Under the pieces are notes generated by a model that was given only the letters and a program-made list of their open reading frames with translations, was not told the DNA's origin and ran no database searches. Both the position numbers and the translations under genes were made by a program. A DNA stretch of 64,000 nt, from contig JBHGNT010000001.1 of NCBI GenBank assembly GCA_043228905.1, forward strand, positions 3,596,001-3,660,000. Direction: 5' to 3'. The first letter of the stretch is position 1. Each line of letters opens with the position of its first letter. Positions 37,081 through 51,480 of this stretch are shown piece by piece. Source of the stretch: Azolla caroliniana. Lineage: Eukaryota > Plantae > Polypodiophyta.

Positions 37081-39812
37081 TACAAAAAAAAAAGGAAGAG
37101 AGCCCCTTGTTCTTTGACTTGAAAAAAGAAATGGAAGAAGAAGAAAAACATTCCAAGCATTTGGAGTGTTGTGGTGGTGTGTGTGGGCCTTATCTAAATG
37201 TGAAGAGAGTTTTTGTCTCATGATCTTGTATTACATAACCAATCACAAATTGATGGGCATTAGAACTATTACATTTATATGTATGTACATATATATGGTT
37301 CAGTTGTCCAATATGTGTGTGATGGCACAAGTACTACATAACTCTCTTGTGGTTATATTAATCTTCTTGGTCCAATGTGTGGTTCAGTTTTCCAATGTGT
37401 GTGATGGCACAAGTACTGGGTGCATGTGTGTGCTTTATGTGTTGCAACAAAGTTAACGTAAAGGCTATTCCATGCCTACAACATAGATATTATTGGAGAG
37501 TAGTTGCAATCTAATAAGAATGTAAGTGGTAGAGTGACTCTATCTAAAGCACCACCCTTTGTATCATCCCCCTTTTGTTAATGTAGATATTTGTCTTTGG
37601 TGTATAAATTGTTCCTATCTATCTCTCTCATCATATATGTATGTATATTTATATATATGGAATAAGAACATGTAGCCCATGTGTATCTTATGTGTTGGAG
37701 CTTGACATTGTCATTAATGAGAACAAATTGTTTGTTGTGTTCACTCGAGAGTCAATCAAATCTTTATAATGAGGCTAAAAACAAGTGCGGGTGGAAGAGA
37801 ACCACTACATGTCTTGAGAAGATCAAAAGAAGAATGAAAAGAACAAGAGAGAAGAAATAATTGCCCAATATAATGAGAAGATTAACCTCACCAACTTTGC
37901 GATTTGGAAATTTAAGATGACACGATACCTTCATGAACAAGGGTATTAGTGCAATATCAATGGTGCCCATACCAACTATGTGGGTTGGAAATATGTGTTG
38001 TTCTTCGTATGTATAGCCTTACATTGTGTGTTTATGATCACATGCTATCATATAATCAAGGTGTGATTACGTCAACAGAGGGATGGGGACCAAATCTTTT
38101 GAAGATGTTCTCCATGAAGACAAATGCTCACAATTTTCAACTCCAAAGGGAGTTACTTGCATCAAAGAGGTTTGTTGATCAATGATTATACTTTTAAAAA
38201 TCCTATGTGATTCTCTTCCCTCCATCAACTAGGGATAAAAAAGAAAGAAAAGATAAAAAAATATCCCCTCCTAGATTTTTATCATGAGAGATGTCATTAC
38301 CGGTCGCACTAAATACTCACTATGCTCTCTTTATCGAAAATATGAAAGGCTAGTTTCTTTATGTGTCGACAAAAAATTGAAGCATCTTCCCCTTTCCCCA
38401 TAGTTTTTAACCTTGAAAACCATTTGGTTGTTTTCCTTTATTGTATATGTCTACACATTCCACCTTTGGACTCGCCACATCACGACAACAAAAGACACGA
38501 CGATTCTCCATCATCACATTATCATCACAAGAGACAACGTGCACCCGTTTCTTTGACCCATTTCAAAAAGAACTACAACTGAAGAAACAAGCAACTTGGG
38601 TTAGAAAGCCAAATGCTCTACTCAAACTCGAACATGGTTGGTTGAGAGGAAGAGGTTCCCTTCAAGGAGTGGAATGGTGTACTCGCAATGAGGACTTCAA
38701 ATTTGAAGAGTGATGCGAGAATGGAAGAGGAAACTCTTTACAAAGGGGTGGTTTAAATGGAATGTGCATATTGTGGTGAATCTGATCAATTGGAGGTTGA
38801 TTGTTAGAAGAAGAGTGATGTTGACAACAATCAACAATTGCCAACTAATGCCAACTTTTCTGACACTTACGCGAACACTCACAAGCTTGACAATGAATCG
38901 TTTTCGACTTAGGGGCATCTAGTAACACATGTCACATGTCACATGATGGATGGTGGATGATACGTGCCACGTGACATATAGTGAGGCAAAAGGAGTGGCA
39001 GAAATGATCATATATCCTTCCGTGTGTTACGAACATAGTGAAAACCAAGATAGAATGGATAGAAAAGAAGATCACATTCTAATTAAATTAACAAAAAGAT
39101 TAACAATACAAGAATATGTTGAAGATGTTGTTGAACCAAAAAACAATGACTAAAGCACCTACATATATAGTGTAGTGTGCTTGGACCCATGCATGATTGC
39201 CATCTTGCATTCGTGCAAGCATGCCATTACTGATCATGCATTAGCTTGTGTGAGGTGTCGACATCTTTTCACATTACTATATATAATAGTTAAGACTATT
39301 TAAAACAACAATGTATATAACACGTGTAAAACTTTAACTAAGACTTCCAAGTCCTCCTATGAGCTTCTTGTGATATGTGTGTGTGTGTTTTATTTCGTGT
39401 AGATGTTCACAACACCATCAAAACATCATTTAACATAAAAAAGTTAACGACATAGCCCAAGTCCCAACCACTTTTTCTTTTACAAAATGCAATATTCCTC
39501 TAACCAGTTGCAGATGATGTCATAGGGATGGGTTCTAACTATAAGTTAGATATTTAAGTGTAAGAGAGTTTACACACTTTGTGAGTTGCTATAACATAAA
39601 TTACACCTTGGCCCAATAGTTTTCCTATGTGAGGTTCTTTGAGATGGTTCAAGATGTTTGGTTAGAACTCGTTGTAGTCTCATTGTATGTACAATTGGCC
39701 TCTCAATATATATCATTAGACTCTTTTGGATGAGATTGGACAATACGCATATGCTTTGTAATAGAGAAATTGATGTGCAATTGCTCATTGCCCCTCTGTA
39801 TTGGTAATTGTA

Positions 39813-40038
39813 TGCTGAGATATCAAGCTCAACTAGGTTTAGTTATTTGGTCAATCATGTAACTTAGCAGTTACATAAATAGAATCTAGTTAGTGTGTTA
39901 ACTTTAAACCCTTCAATTGGACCTTGTACTTAAGTGAGATACATTCTAGATCCTTCACTCCCAAGTACATTTAATATAGGACTTACATCCTTGTACCTAT
40001 ATTCTCTTCACTCATGTACACCCTTGGACATGAGATGT

Positions 40039-40114
<76 letters not shown>

Positions 40115-43100
40115 AATTTGGATGGTGGTTGAGGACGAGGTCGCGGCGGCAAAAGACGTCGATTCAGCCTATCTCACGAAGGGAACTCAAACCTTAGGCG
40201 AGAAACAAAAACACTCGAGGAACCTTCGGAAAAAGAGGGAGCTTATACCGAACAAGGTTGGAAAACAAGGCCCGTTACTTGCAACTATTGTGGGAAAGTT
40301 GTCCACCGCAAACATGAGTGCGAAAAGAAGGAGAGTGAGTCAATGTCTACAAGCCGGCAACTCACCAATTATGCCACCAACTCCGAATACGATACGATGA
40401 CTATGGTGGATTGTTCATAATAAGACATAGAGCGAACTCTATGTCGGCATCTGACTCCATTGACACCTCCAATTCAAAAGACATGTGGTTCGTCGACTCC
40501 GACGCTTCAAATCATATGACGTCACACCAAGAATGGTTTCGTGACTTAAGAAGTACGCATCGACCAAGCTACGTAGAGGCGAGAGACGACACCACACATC
40601 CCATTCGGCACATTGGCAATGTTCCATTCGGCAAAAACTGTAAAAACAATTGCATCAAGAATGTATTGCACGTCCTTACAATAACAAAGAATTTGGTCTC
40701 GATCGATCGAATCGTGGAGAAAGGCATGCAAGTCCGTTTCAACAATGGAGGATGCTTTATACGAAACAATGGCTGACTCATCGCCAGAGGATGCAAAGAA
40801 GGCCGAATGTTTATTCTCAATTACAACAAGGTGAGATCGTCCATGTATGTCAAAGGTCTGAAGGCGGGGAAAAATATTGAATTGCGGTACAAAAGAATCG
40901 GCCACATCAACCTCAAACGGCTGCGAGCTATGTAGTCAAAGCGAGTCGTCATCAGACTTCCAACATTTGAGTCGAAACAAGTCAACCGAGTGTGCGAAGC
41001 ATGTCAACTCGGCAAACAACACCAAGTTCCCTTTTCAAAGGAGACCTACGTAAGCAAAGGCCTCCTCGACGCGATCCACTCAAATGTATGGTGTTTGGGC
41101 TAGCTACTAATGTAAGCATAAGATAAGGATATAATAGATATAAAATAAGAAAGGAGAGAGAGAAAGAAGGGTGTTGATGCACCCAACCACCCCTGAGTAA
41201 AGGGATCGAGACGGACTCGAGCCTCGATCGGTGTCCCATACCACCGTCGTGGCGTCGAGTTGTACCTGGTGTTAGCGCGCTCGCTACAAGAGTTGAACCA
41301 CCTCAATGGCGGAGTCTCGATGTAGCCGATAATGTGTCAAATGAGGGTAGCTAAGCCTCATATTTATATAGCCAGACCTAAGGCCCCCAGGCAAGTTCAC
41401 ACTTGGCCTACTAGCTTGTCCCAATCCCAAGGATTAAAAGTAATTGTTTCCTTGTTTACACTCTCATTTAACCCTCACACATTATCCACGTGTATAGAAT
41501 ACTACGGTAAAACTTAACATAGGATATGGTCATATGCCCGTAACATATGGGGACCGGCTCAAACGCCAACGATCGGAGGATGTCTTTATGGCTTCACCTT
41601 TAATCGACGAGTACTCGCACTACGCATGGATCTTCCTGATGAAGAAGAAGAATGAAGTGTTCTCACACTTCTAACTGGTTGGCATGTTCGATGCCTACCA
41701 TCGAATGGAGGAAAGGGGTTACTTCTCCGATGAATTCATCTCCTATCTCCAAGGTGAGGGAATAAGGAGAGAATTTTCATGCCGACACACGCCCCAACAA
41801 AATGGAGTAGCCGAAAGGAAGAATCGGCATAATACTCGAGGTAGTACGTGCGATGTTGCATGAGAAGCACATGTCGAACTTCTATTGGGCCTACGCGGCA
41901 TTCACAATCGTGTATCTTATGAATCCGTGCACCATTAATGGAGTGTATGAGCTAACTCCATACGAGATCTTTGTTAAAAGGAAGCTAATCCGTTCACACC
42001 TCAAAGTGTTCAGAAGTATTGGCAACGTATATACACATCCCAAACGAAAAACATTAGAAGTCGGACCCGAAGTCAAAGAAATATATACTCGTAGGATACT
42101 CATCCGAGCAAAAGGGATACAAGTGCTTCAACCCTTTGACATGAGCGGTTTGGGTAAGTCAAGACGTGGAATTGGACGAATTGACATCATGGTATGAGCC
42201 CGATTCGGCTCCATCTAAACTAACTGAGGAAGAGTTGGACGTCAACTCGAATGATGACATTTGGCCAAGCTCAACCATGATGAGCGGAGCACAAGAGCCT
42301 CCAAGCACTGAAAGCATATCTTGACCATGGGTCGGATCAGACAAAGGCAAAGGTAAGATGCCTGAATATGAAGTCGACGACCTCGACGAAAGTGATTCGT
42401 ATGTGTCAGCTCACTCACTAGACAGTGAGTTTAGAGTGCCCATTATGCGGACACCTGGATTAATTAAAGAAGGCGCTCAAGTCGGTAAACGAAAAACTCT
42501 AACGCTCATCTCAAGAGAAGAACTCGGTCACTCGACTTGGCTACAACAAGTATATGGCCCATCATTATACCTTCATGATAAAGGTTGCAGCTAAACAAGA
42601 GCCCGAAAGCTTTACGAAAGCGGCTCATAACCCCCCATGGATGAAGAGATGCAAGCACTCGACCTTCGATCATTTAACACTACAAGCCTTCGTCACAGGC
42701 TTGAGGGGGAGGAACCGAAACTGCCGCGAAAAGGCCGAAGAAAGTCAGAAGCTAAACAGGAGCCAACATGAGCCGGAAGCTGGACGAAAGTCGACAACGC
42801 CGATAGTCGAACCAGACGTTGGACTCCTCACACTTGAGCTTGAGAGGGTGTGTTGAGATATGAAGCTCAATTAGGTTTAGTTATTTGGTCAATTATGTAA
42901 CACATTAGTTACATAAATAGAATCTAGTTAGTGTGTTGACTTTAAACCCTTAAATAAGACCTTGTACTTAAGTGAGATACATTCTAGATCCTCCACTCCC
43001 AAGTACATTTAATATAGGACTTACATCCTTGTACGGTGTACCTATATTCTCCTCACACATGTGCACCCTTGGACATGAGATGTATATATACCTCATTGTG

Positions 43101-43187
43101 GGTATTTTTTAACTTCATGATTATTAATATAGAGAAAGGTTATCTAGTTACACTCTTGTTAATATCCCCCATTTGTCTTATTGTTTA

Positions 43188-43262
<75 letters not shown>
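39813..43262 (+). mobile_element. Ty1/copia LTR retrotransposon, degenerate deletion derivative (most of gag and RT/RNaseH missing)
   Basis: Similar LTRs at 39813-40114 and 42851-43262 (tg(c/t)tgagatat...(CT)n(CA)n). PPT tgagagggtg at 42841-42850. Zinc knuckle CNYCGKVVHRKHEC, protease WFVDSDASNHMT, pre-integrase RIGHIN...CEACQLGKQ, integrase TPQQNGVAERKNR and linker EPESFTKA are in copia order, with frameshifts. No TSD found. Confidence 0.92.
41092..41545 (-). mobile_element. Solo LTR of another retrotransposon inserted in the copia integrase
   Basis: TG...CA ends with terminal inverted repeat tgtttgggc...gcccgtaaca. 5-bp TSD tatgg at 41087-41091 and 41546-41550 splits the xVWGP motif. Orientation inferred from a minus-strand TATA (ggctatataaata). 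Confidence 0.88.
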
Positions 43263-45075
43263 AAATAATCTTCCGTTGCTTAATTACATACGTGATTAAC
43301 TACTCACATTATTAGATACTAATTAACCCTTAGTTAATTACCTAATTATTAACATTGTAAAACTACTTAGGAACAACATTTCATTTTGATGTTTACTGGA
43401 GATGAAAGCTAAGGAAAAATCACAGCTACCACTTATGGAAGGTGGGATGAAGCAACCTAAACTTTATTACATTGGAACTCTATTACATCTCCTATTACCA
43501 TTACCCTTCCATTGTCTTCACTTACATTTCAACTTCAGAAGTACTTTGCCCTTTTTTATAGTCTTGCAAATGGATTGGCAAACCATTTGTGATAAGTTCA
43601 TGTTTAAGTCTTCGGTCTCTTTGCATTAGATGGCACATTCACAATACACAGACAATCAGTCAACCTATGCTCGATCCTTATTATGGTTGACTGGACATTT
43701 AGTGGTACATATGCCTTTTCTAATTGCTTTTAGTTTCATTAGATGATATGTTTGTGTAAATTTCCCACGTTTGATATGAGGACAACTAAGAACAAATGTG
43801 TGTTGTACTATTAAAAAGGTGTATTCATGAGTTCTGTCATAGCTTTACAAGATACTCATTAGATGTCTTGGTCATGGCACATCAATTTCTCGATGAATGA
43901 TGTTATACTCTTTTGAGTCAGAGTTCTAACCAAGTTAATACACATGTGTGCTTACATGTCACATCATATCACGGTCTTTATAATGTATTTATGGTAATAA
44001 ACTATTTTATTACAACATCTTCTACATATGGTCATAAGTATCACTAAAATATGGATATACCCACCACACTTGAAACCATGTTTTAATGAAAAAACCATTC
44101 TTCACAAAATCATGAAATTTTTCTTGAAACAATCTATAACAATAATAATAAATGTAATGTCTGAATTGCATTATTTTTATTTCGTTAAGAGAAGAATTCT
44201 CAACAAAGCATATTTTGTTTGAATATGTGGGTCTATCAGCCATAGAGGACATGTAGTAGTGACCATGGATATTTGCTTAATAATGTAATGTACTATTTAT
44301 TCTCTACATTTCCTATATATAAACAAAATGTAATCATAGTGTTGTTTCATAAATACATTGATTATCACATTAACAAGTGAAGAATGAAAATTTGCATTAT
44401 CCTTTAAAAGGTATTTATGTTAACTAAAGAAAATGAATGAATGATCTAGATTCTAGACTATCTCGTAAGGGACATACAAATTGAACACATCTCAAATTCA
44501 ATGTTTTAAAAATTGTTACTTATTTAAGATGTGGTACAATTGTGTCAGTTGGATGAGATGTCAAATTCATTTTCTCCATGAAATGTCGTGGTTGGCAAAC
44601 TATGTAGCTAAGGTCAAGCCCATGATGGTCAAGTAGATTAATCTTCCCATGAGGAATTGATAATATGTTGGTTGCAAATCATGAATTGGTAGTCCTTTCA
44701 CATTGTTTGTTTTTTATCAAGCATAGTTGTGATGGGCTTGCAACCCTTCAAGTAAAATTTAAACAAAATGTGGTTGAAGATGGTGGTTCCTTCAAAAATA
44801 GGTGGTTGTATATATACACAATTACCATGAGTTTGAGTATGAGCCATCATGCTCCATGACGAAGATAGTGGTAACCTTACCATGTGATGATCACAAAGAG
44901 TCGGTAAGGCCCTATGTTATTATATTAAGATTTCAATCTCCTCTTTAGCTCTTATGATCAATGTATCCACACTCAATCAATAAAGGTTCCACCATTAAGT
45001 ATACATGCTCATGTAAGAAATGTCCCCATATATTGCTCCTATTTTGATCAATGTCACCATGAATGCAATTTCAAA

Positions 45076-45285
45076 TTCCATAAACCCTAAACCATAAAGT
45101 AAAAACTACTTTCACATTCCATAAACCCTAAACCATAAAGTAAAAACTACTTTCACATTCCATAAACCCTAAACCATAAAGTAAAAACTACTTTCACATT
45201 CCATAAACCCTAAACCATAAAGTAAAAACTACTTTCACATTCCATAAACCCTAAACCATAAAGTAAAAACTACTGTCACTTTCCA
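45076..45285. repeat. 41-bp minisatellite x5 containing a telomere-like AAACCCTAAACC motif
   Basis: Unit ttccataaaccctaaaccataaagtaaaaactactttcaca at 45076, 45117, 45158, 45199 and 45240. Four copies are identical and the fifth has two changes. Confidence 0.95.
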
Positions 45286-47486
45286 CGACCTGCATTATCA
45301 AAACTTTAGTTTGTTAGACCCAAAACAAGATTTAGAAATCCTCTTTCATATTCAAAACCACTTTTAATCAAGCAAAACATGAATTTTTTATAGTAACTAC
45401 ACACTTTTCACTTTCCACAACCCAAAAAAATAAAGTAGGAATATGGTGGGATATTTAAAATGACTTTGTTTAAGTCAAGTAAAGTGGTAGAAACCTTCTA
45501 TATCTTCTAATGTTTGATTGAAATATAAGCCATTTACACAATCAAAAAAGTGATTCCTTATCAAATCTAACTAGAAAATGGAGAGATAACCATCATGTAT
45601 CTTAAACATGTGGCCTATTACATGTACTTCTAGTAGTTAAATCACAATGTATAGTAGAAGATAATAAATTATAAGGCTCTTACCGATGCATACAATTTTG
45701 CACACATACACAACCATACATTGGTCTCTTAAACTATGCAAGAAATTTTCCATACATAAAATACTCACACAAAACGGATACATAGACACCCAACTTATCC
45801 CAATTATAATAGGATTCTAGGAATATAGATCAACATGCATGCATGATACATCATATGAGAGGAAGACATAATGGTTAGTATCATGTCTCCTATACATATT
45901 CAAAAGATAATGATACATTATTCCACACATTATGGGTTGGTGTTAATATGTTTGTCATGTATTTAACAAGGCTTTGCATTCTTGAAGAGACTTTGGATGT
46001 ATCAAATTTATTGATGGTGGATATTGTAATGTGTAATATCCAAGAAACAATATTCATGAGTGATGTAATAATACACAATATAATAAACTTTATGATACAT
46101 CTTCATCATGATTGTTAACATGCTGATGTCATTACTTTGGCTCACAAATTTGAACCTACGACTTTTGTTGCTACATGTAAGCTTTAACACTCTCCATCAT
46201 GTTAAATATTAGGATTTAAATTTTGGGTTATGGTCAATTATCATGCTCTCATTTTAAGTTTGGGTGATCAAAATCATTTGCATGAATTTGCATTACCATT
46301 TTTCCACTCCAGTTTCCTGCCTGAGGTTGTGTGCATGTGTAGCTTTTACATTTGCATCATAGGAACTACAAAATGACTAGGACCACAATGAAATTCAACA
46401 TGACAAGTGTTCGTACATATTTAAAAGATCACATGTAGCCAAACTCATTATTGGTAGTGCTTGAAGAATCACAATTCATGATTACATATCTACTCCAGAA
46501 AATCGTGGCAGTTTTCAATATAATTTAAAAAATGTTCACCCTGATCAATTTCTCACTGCTTTGATTTGCCATGGTTTTATTCTTTTTCATTGATGCAACT
46601 TTAACAATCATGGGGGACATGCAGCTTGGACACATGATTATGTGACTTTAAGCAATGTTATATACTATTTCACAAAATAGTTCTACAATAAAATCAACCC
46701 ACTGTCCTCACTTGAGGCAGTTCAAACAGTCTCCAAGGGAATTAAAATATCTACTAGCAGAAAATAGACCCAAGTGCATTGATTTGAGCTCAAGCATTAG
46801 GCATGAAGTAAAATACTGTATGTTTGACAATAATGAATACAAGTACAAACTCAACAGCCATGGATTTCTAATATTCACGTTCAAAATATACATTCAGGAT
46901 TATCAAGATATACCTTTACATATACAGCTCAGAGACTGAGGATTTATAATATTTATTGTTCAACGATCATACAGAATTATTAACATTTACCTTACAAGTA
47001 ATGGTTTTGGCATCCCACCAGTTTTTTCCATGTAATGAATTTAGAACAGCATATTTACACTTCAAGTTCTTTCCAGAGAAAGGGGGTGACGAGTAATACA
47101 ATGTCAGCGTTGTTCTGGAAGACACCTCCGATTGTTTGACAAAAATAATAGCCGCTTATCCAGAGAAGGAATTTCATGCTGCTCCAGATTAAGAATTCCA
47201 TGCTGATAAGTTTTGCATTCAGGTCAAGGGTTCCTACGAGAGCCTCTTTCATTCTCCATACAAAGCTAGTAGAGATAAAGCAAACTTCTGGGCAAAAAGG
47301 GCTTTCTACTTGAATCAAAATTTATTTCAGTGATGAGAAAAATGAAAAATTATTTCAGGAGCGGATTCCGGTAACTTCAGACTATTGACTCTTCACAAAG
47401 CTTTATTGACATGAGACCTGAACAGAACAGGTTGAGCACTCACAAGAATTCGGTGATCATGGAGTGTTAAATTCCCTCAAATCCCC

Positions 47487-49429
47487 CTACATTGTCATGA
47501 GACCTCTTCTCTTAAAGTACCATATGAAAGAGCAAAAAATAAGAAGCCCTGTGAGACCTGAAATTATTAGAACCCACTTAAACGCTCCAGGTTCATCAAA
47601 GAGTTCAATAGGAATATTCATTCCAAAGATTCCTGCCACAACTCCAAAAATTGCAACCACAAAAGTTGCCACCGTCAAAAGCAATTCAAATTGTATAAGC
47701 TGGTTCCTAACATTATCCTGCAAACAGAAATGATATCTCAGAAGTATTATTCTTAAAAGCTTTTGATCCCACCAGTTGTGGTATACTAACCAAAATAACT
47801 GATAGACACCCAACGTTACTTCAGGTTATATTATTAATCTAGACTTTTGTAGGTGTAAGTAAACACTAAAAAGCTCTATTCTTACGGAAAAAAGTTCCTT
47901 AGGGTTCCATGTCTATCCTCTATCAGCTACTCATCGATATGCAATTTTACTTCAAAAAAGTGGTCAAGAAATGTGGAAGAATACCCTCAGGTTGAATTGC
48001 AGAACCATTCTTGAACATTTAGAACGAATCAATCAGTGGAACAAATACACATACCAATTGGATATTGATGAAATCCTCGGTATCATCAATATATTCTTTC
48101 AACTGCAAAAAGGTGGAAAATAACTATAACAATATGCATCAACATGCAATGGAGAGATAGCGCTATGTGAAAACATAAACATACTGAAGTAAGCTTATTG
48201 AGTATGGCATCTATGACAACAAAGTAAGCTTCCAAGAGCATCTCCAACTCTTGAATGTCACTATCCTCTTCCGAAACTCTTGAGCTGCTATGACGACTCA
48301 CTGCTATACTAAGGTTTTTCTCCAATTTTCGAGATTCTGGAGGAGAGCAGACTGGTGAGACTGGTGCTGATATAGAACCTCCTGCATAAAGTGTTGCATT
48401 TTGATCTTTATAAAAATAATTTTCCATTTTTTCCTTCTTCTCAGTAAGATACATTTCAGCCATGTCTCCATCATCGTCCATTAGTTGCTCTATCTCATCT
48501 CTAACCTGTGGTAGATCAGGATTATCAAGATATTTCATGTAGATAATTGAAAAAACAAATCAAATACCTTTTGAACACGGTGAGTCAAAGCAAGAAGCCT
48601 GCTCTTGAGTCTCCGGACACGCTCTAAATTTAAAGTGCTAATCTTTGATGTAAGCTCATCAAGAACTGGATATGCTTCCACCTCTAATTCTGTAGCCTAT
48701 TTAAACATGAAACATTTGACCATCCTTCCCTGTTCATCCATAAAATCATGCGCTCTGAGTTTGAAAAGGCTTGTAACTTACCTGAGTATCCAAAAAAGTG
48801 CATGCTGCTTCCAAAGCAACCTCCATAGCCAGAAATTCGAAAGGCATATACTCTGCAAATGAGCCTCTAGATGATTGAGATTCTCCTGCCATTTCATGAT
48901 GGGGACCATCTGATGTCAAGACACGGTTTTTCACTATATTGCTCTCCTTCCTCTCTGAAGAAGACAAACTATCTGCAAGAGCTCCAAAGGATGGCCGCTT
49001 AATAAAATCATTTTTCAGTGCCAGCCTCCTTTGTAGCTCGGCGACATATTGTAACACATAGCTGTCAAGAGAATTGAGAAGTAAAACCTCATCTGCCGTT
49101 ATTATGCACCTCATTTGTTCTAAATTCACAACAATAGCTTTCTCTCTGCCTAAAATCGTGGATGGATACACAAACAAGGGATCAAGAAGACGAAGATCAC
49201 GAGCAGGAAGATCGCATCGTCTCATGATGGTTAGCTTGTCTACCTCCATTACTTGTGAGGCTCCTTCTTTGTCGATCCTGATCCATGAACGTATTCCCTG
49301 TCCTCTCTTTTTTAGATTTGAAAGATCCATGCCTTGAAAAAACGGTCGTGAAGAGAGAGGACTTCGTCGAAGCTGATCTTGGAGCACAGGAGGACGGGGA
49401 GGTAGTAGTCTTGTTTTCTGGTCTGCCAT
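47487..49429 (-). CDS. MRS2: MRS2/MGT (CorA-family) magnesium transporter, MRS2-1-like
   Basis: In-frame exons 49429-48782, 48696-48568, 48505-48185, 48102-48055, 47717-47487 give 458 aa (alternative ATG at 49438). Motifs LKKRGQGIRSWIR, RDLRLLDPLFVYPSTILGREKAIVVNLE, LEMLLEAYF, and two C-terminal TM helices with the GMN motif (FGMNIP). Confidence 0.96.
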
Positions 49430-51441
49430 CGTAGGCATGCAGTCACTATACTTGAGTAGCTGATTCAATCAATCAATCCTTTGGAAACCTGAACTTTTTT
49501 AGGAGGAGCACAAGTTAAACAAATAATGACAATGGTGTCGAACACAATTGTTCCATGAAAAAATTGATGGAAAAAATCGTAATGGTCGAGCCAAACTGTA
49601 AGAAGCTAATTAATGGAAAAGGTTCGCATGGATTCAAACAAGAGGACATTGAGAAATCCATCATAAAGGTTGAGGCAATTGATAAGAAACTAACCACTTG
49701 TAAGGGGTCAGGTGATGTACAGAATCAAAAGAAGATAGAAGCATCATGTTCGCAACGAATCAAAAGTGGAGGTATGGATCACATGATGTGAAGTATCAAA
49801 AGTAGATGGAAACCACTGTCCTAATCATCATGGTAATTATTTTCAATAATCACCAAATGAGCCCAAGACTATATAAAGAATCAGATAAGGTTCTAGTTTC
49901 CTGAAAGGTGAGAACTTAGAGGATAATATCACTCTTGTACATTCAGCCAGTAAAGGAAATATGCAGAAAGAAAAACGGAAATTATATAATGATATGAGAG
50001 AAATTTTATACTAGGAAACATTTATGAAGACAAAAAACCAATAATCCTGAAGTCATCCACTATGACTCCAAACATATCAGAAAGTACATGGCCTTTTGAC
50101 TGAGAAGTTCATACGTCCTTTCAATTCCAATGCCACAGCAGAAACAAACCTACATGATGTAATGAGGGAAAATGGAAGTATTTGCAGTGTTTAGAAACTC
50201 AAAAGCAGCTTGTAAGAATTTGCAACGATGTGTCATAACTTCTTCTACTCCAAAAAGCAATTGTGAAGACCATGAAGGTGTAGGTCAATCACATATTCAC
50301 ATGCATCAATTTTGGCAGAACCTCTTCAAAAGATCATTATGGCATCTTGACTGAATTTCTTTGTATTCAGCACTGTTATTTTGATCCTAAGTCCTGTTTA
50401 GGGAACCTGAGGCATTTTGCCTGAATTTTGTGTCCAGTAAGAACTATTTTGATCCAAACAATAGATAAGCCATAGATGAATGTAATATATTTCAAACCTT
50501 GCTCAACGAAAGGGAAATGTTGCAATGATGCTTCGGAGGTTCAGCTCACAAAATGATCACAAGAAACTACAATGCAAACAACCACAAAGCATTGACAGCA
50601 GATAGCTAAAAGAAAAACATTGGCAATGTCTATAAGTTCATGCTTGAATATTCCTTGGAAGCATTTTGATTAGCGCAACCTTAAATCCTCTTTATTCTGA
50701 AAAAATCCACTATAAAAACAGTTCAACAGAAATATAATTCCAAATAAAAGACAAATATTTGTTTCTGTTGATTTTTCCTCTATATTCCGAGAATGCATAA
50801 AGATTCATTCCGATTGAACAGAATAAAGTTCCATTATCTCTTTCATTTCAAAAGAAACGTAAAGAGATAATATGTCTGTTTCGAATCAATAGATTGAGCG
50901 AGGAAGAGTATTCTGAGATATATTTTCGAATATTTGTTTCCATCCCGAAAAAAGAGCCGTTTCAATGCAGAAGAACATAAAAGATCGTTTCAATCCAGAC
51001 GAATAGAGAGAAAAAGAACTTGATGTACATAAGAAGAGAATAAATTCATGATGATAAAGATGAAGAATAGAGAGACGTGTACCTTGCAACATACCAGGAG
51101 AGAAGAAATTCATGAACCGATGATGAAGACAAAAGCAGCGATCCCTTCAAATCATAGGCAGAACTCATGAGAAACACAGAAACGCGTACAAAGGGAGAGG
51201 CATCAAAACGGCAATGATTTGCTGGACTGAGTGCTAGTCATCGGAGGCTTCAACAACAGTGGAGTAGGATTTGAAGAAGGTGCGTAGACGGCGATGGAGG
51301 TGAGGAGGGGGAGGAGGAACTCTGAAAGTGAGGCGCATGACTACGTATACATCTTTTAGTTTAGTCTGATCAAAAGGCGACGATGGATGGAGAGGGGTGG
51401 GGGGGAGGAGGAGGAGGAGGTACCTTTGAGAAGGACCAGAA

Positions 51442-51480
51442 ATGGTGAATTAGGGTTGTGAGAGATGGTGAATTAGGGTT
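51442..51480 (-). promoter_or_regulatory. Paired telo-box-like motifs (AACCCTAA) at the probable MRS2 transcript start
   Basis: atggtgaattagggtt occurs twice, next to a minus-strand splice donor (aag|gtac, ~51423) and CT-rich leader-like sequence. Confidence 0.4.

Noticed and set aside
38250-39250. Possible DNA-transposon remnant with acatgtc/ccacgtg repeats and short ORFs
   Set aside because: Could not define termini or a transposase motif.
45076-45285. CRISPR-like regular repeat
   Set aside because: Units are head-to-tail with no unique spacers, there are no cas genes and the context is eukaryotic; it is a minisatellite.
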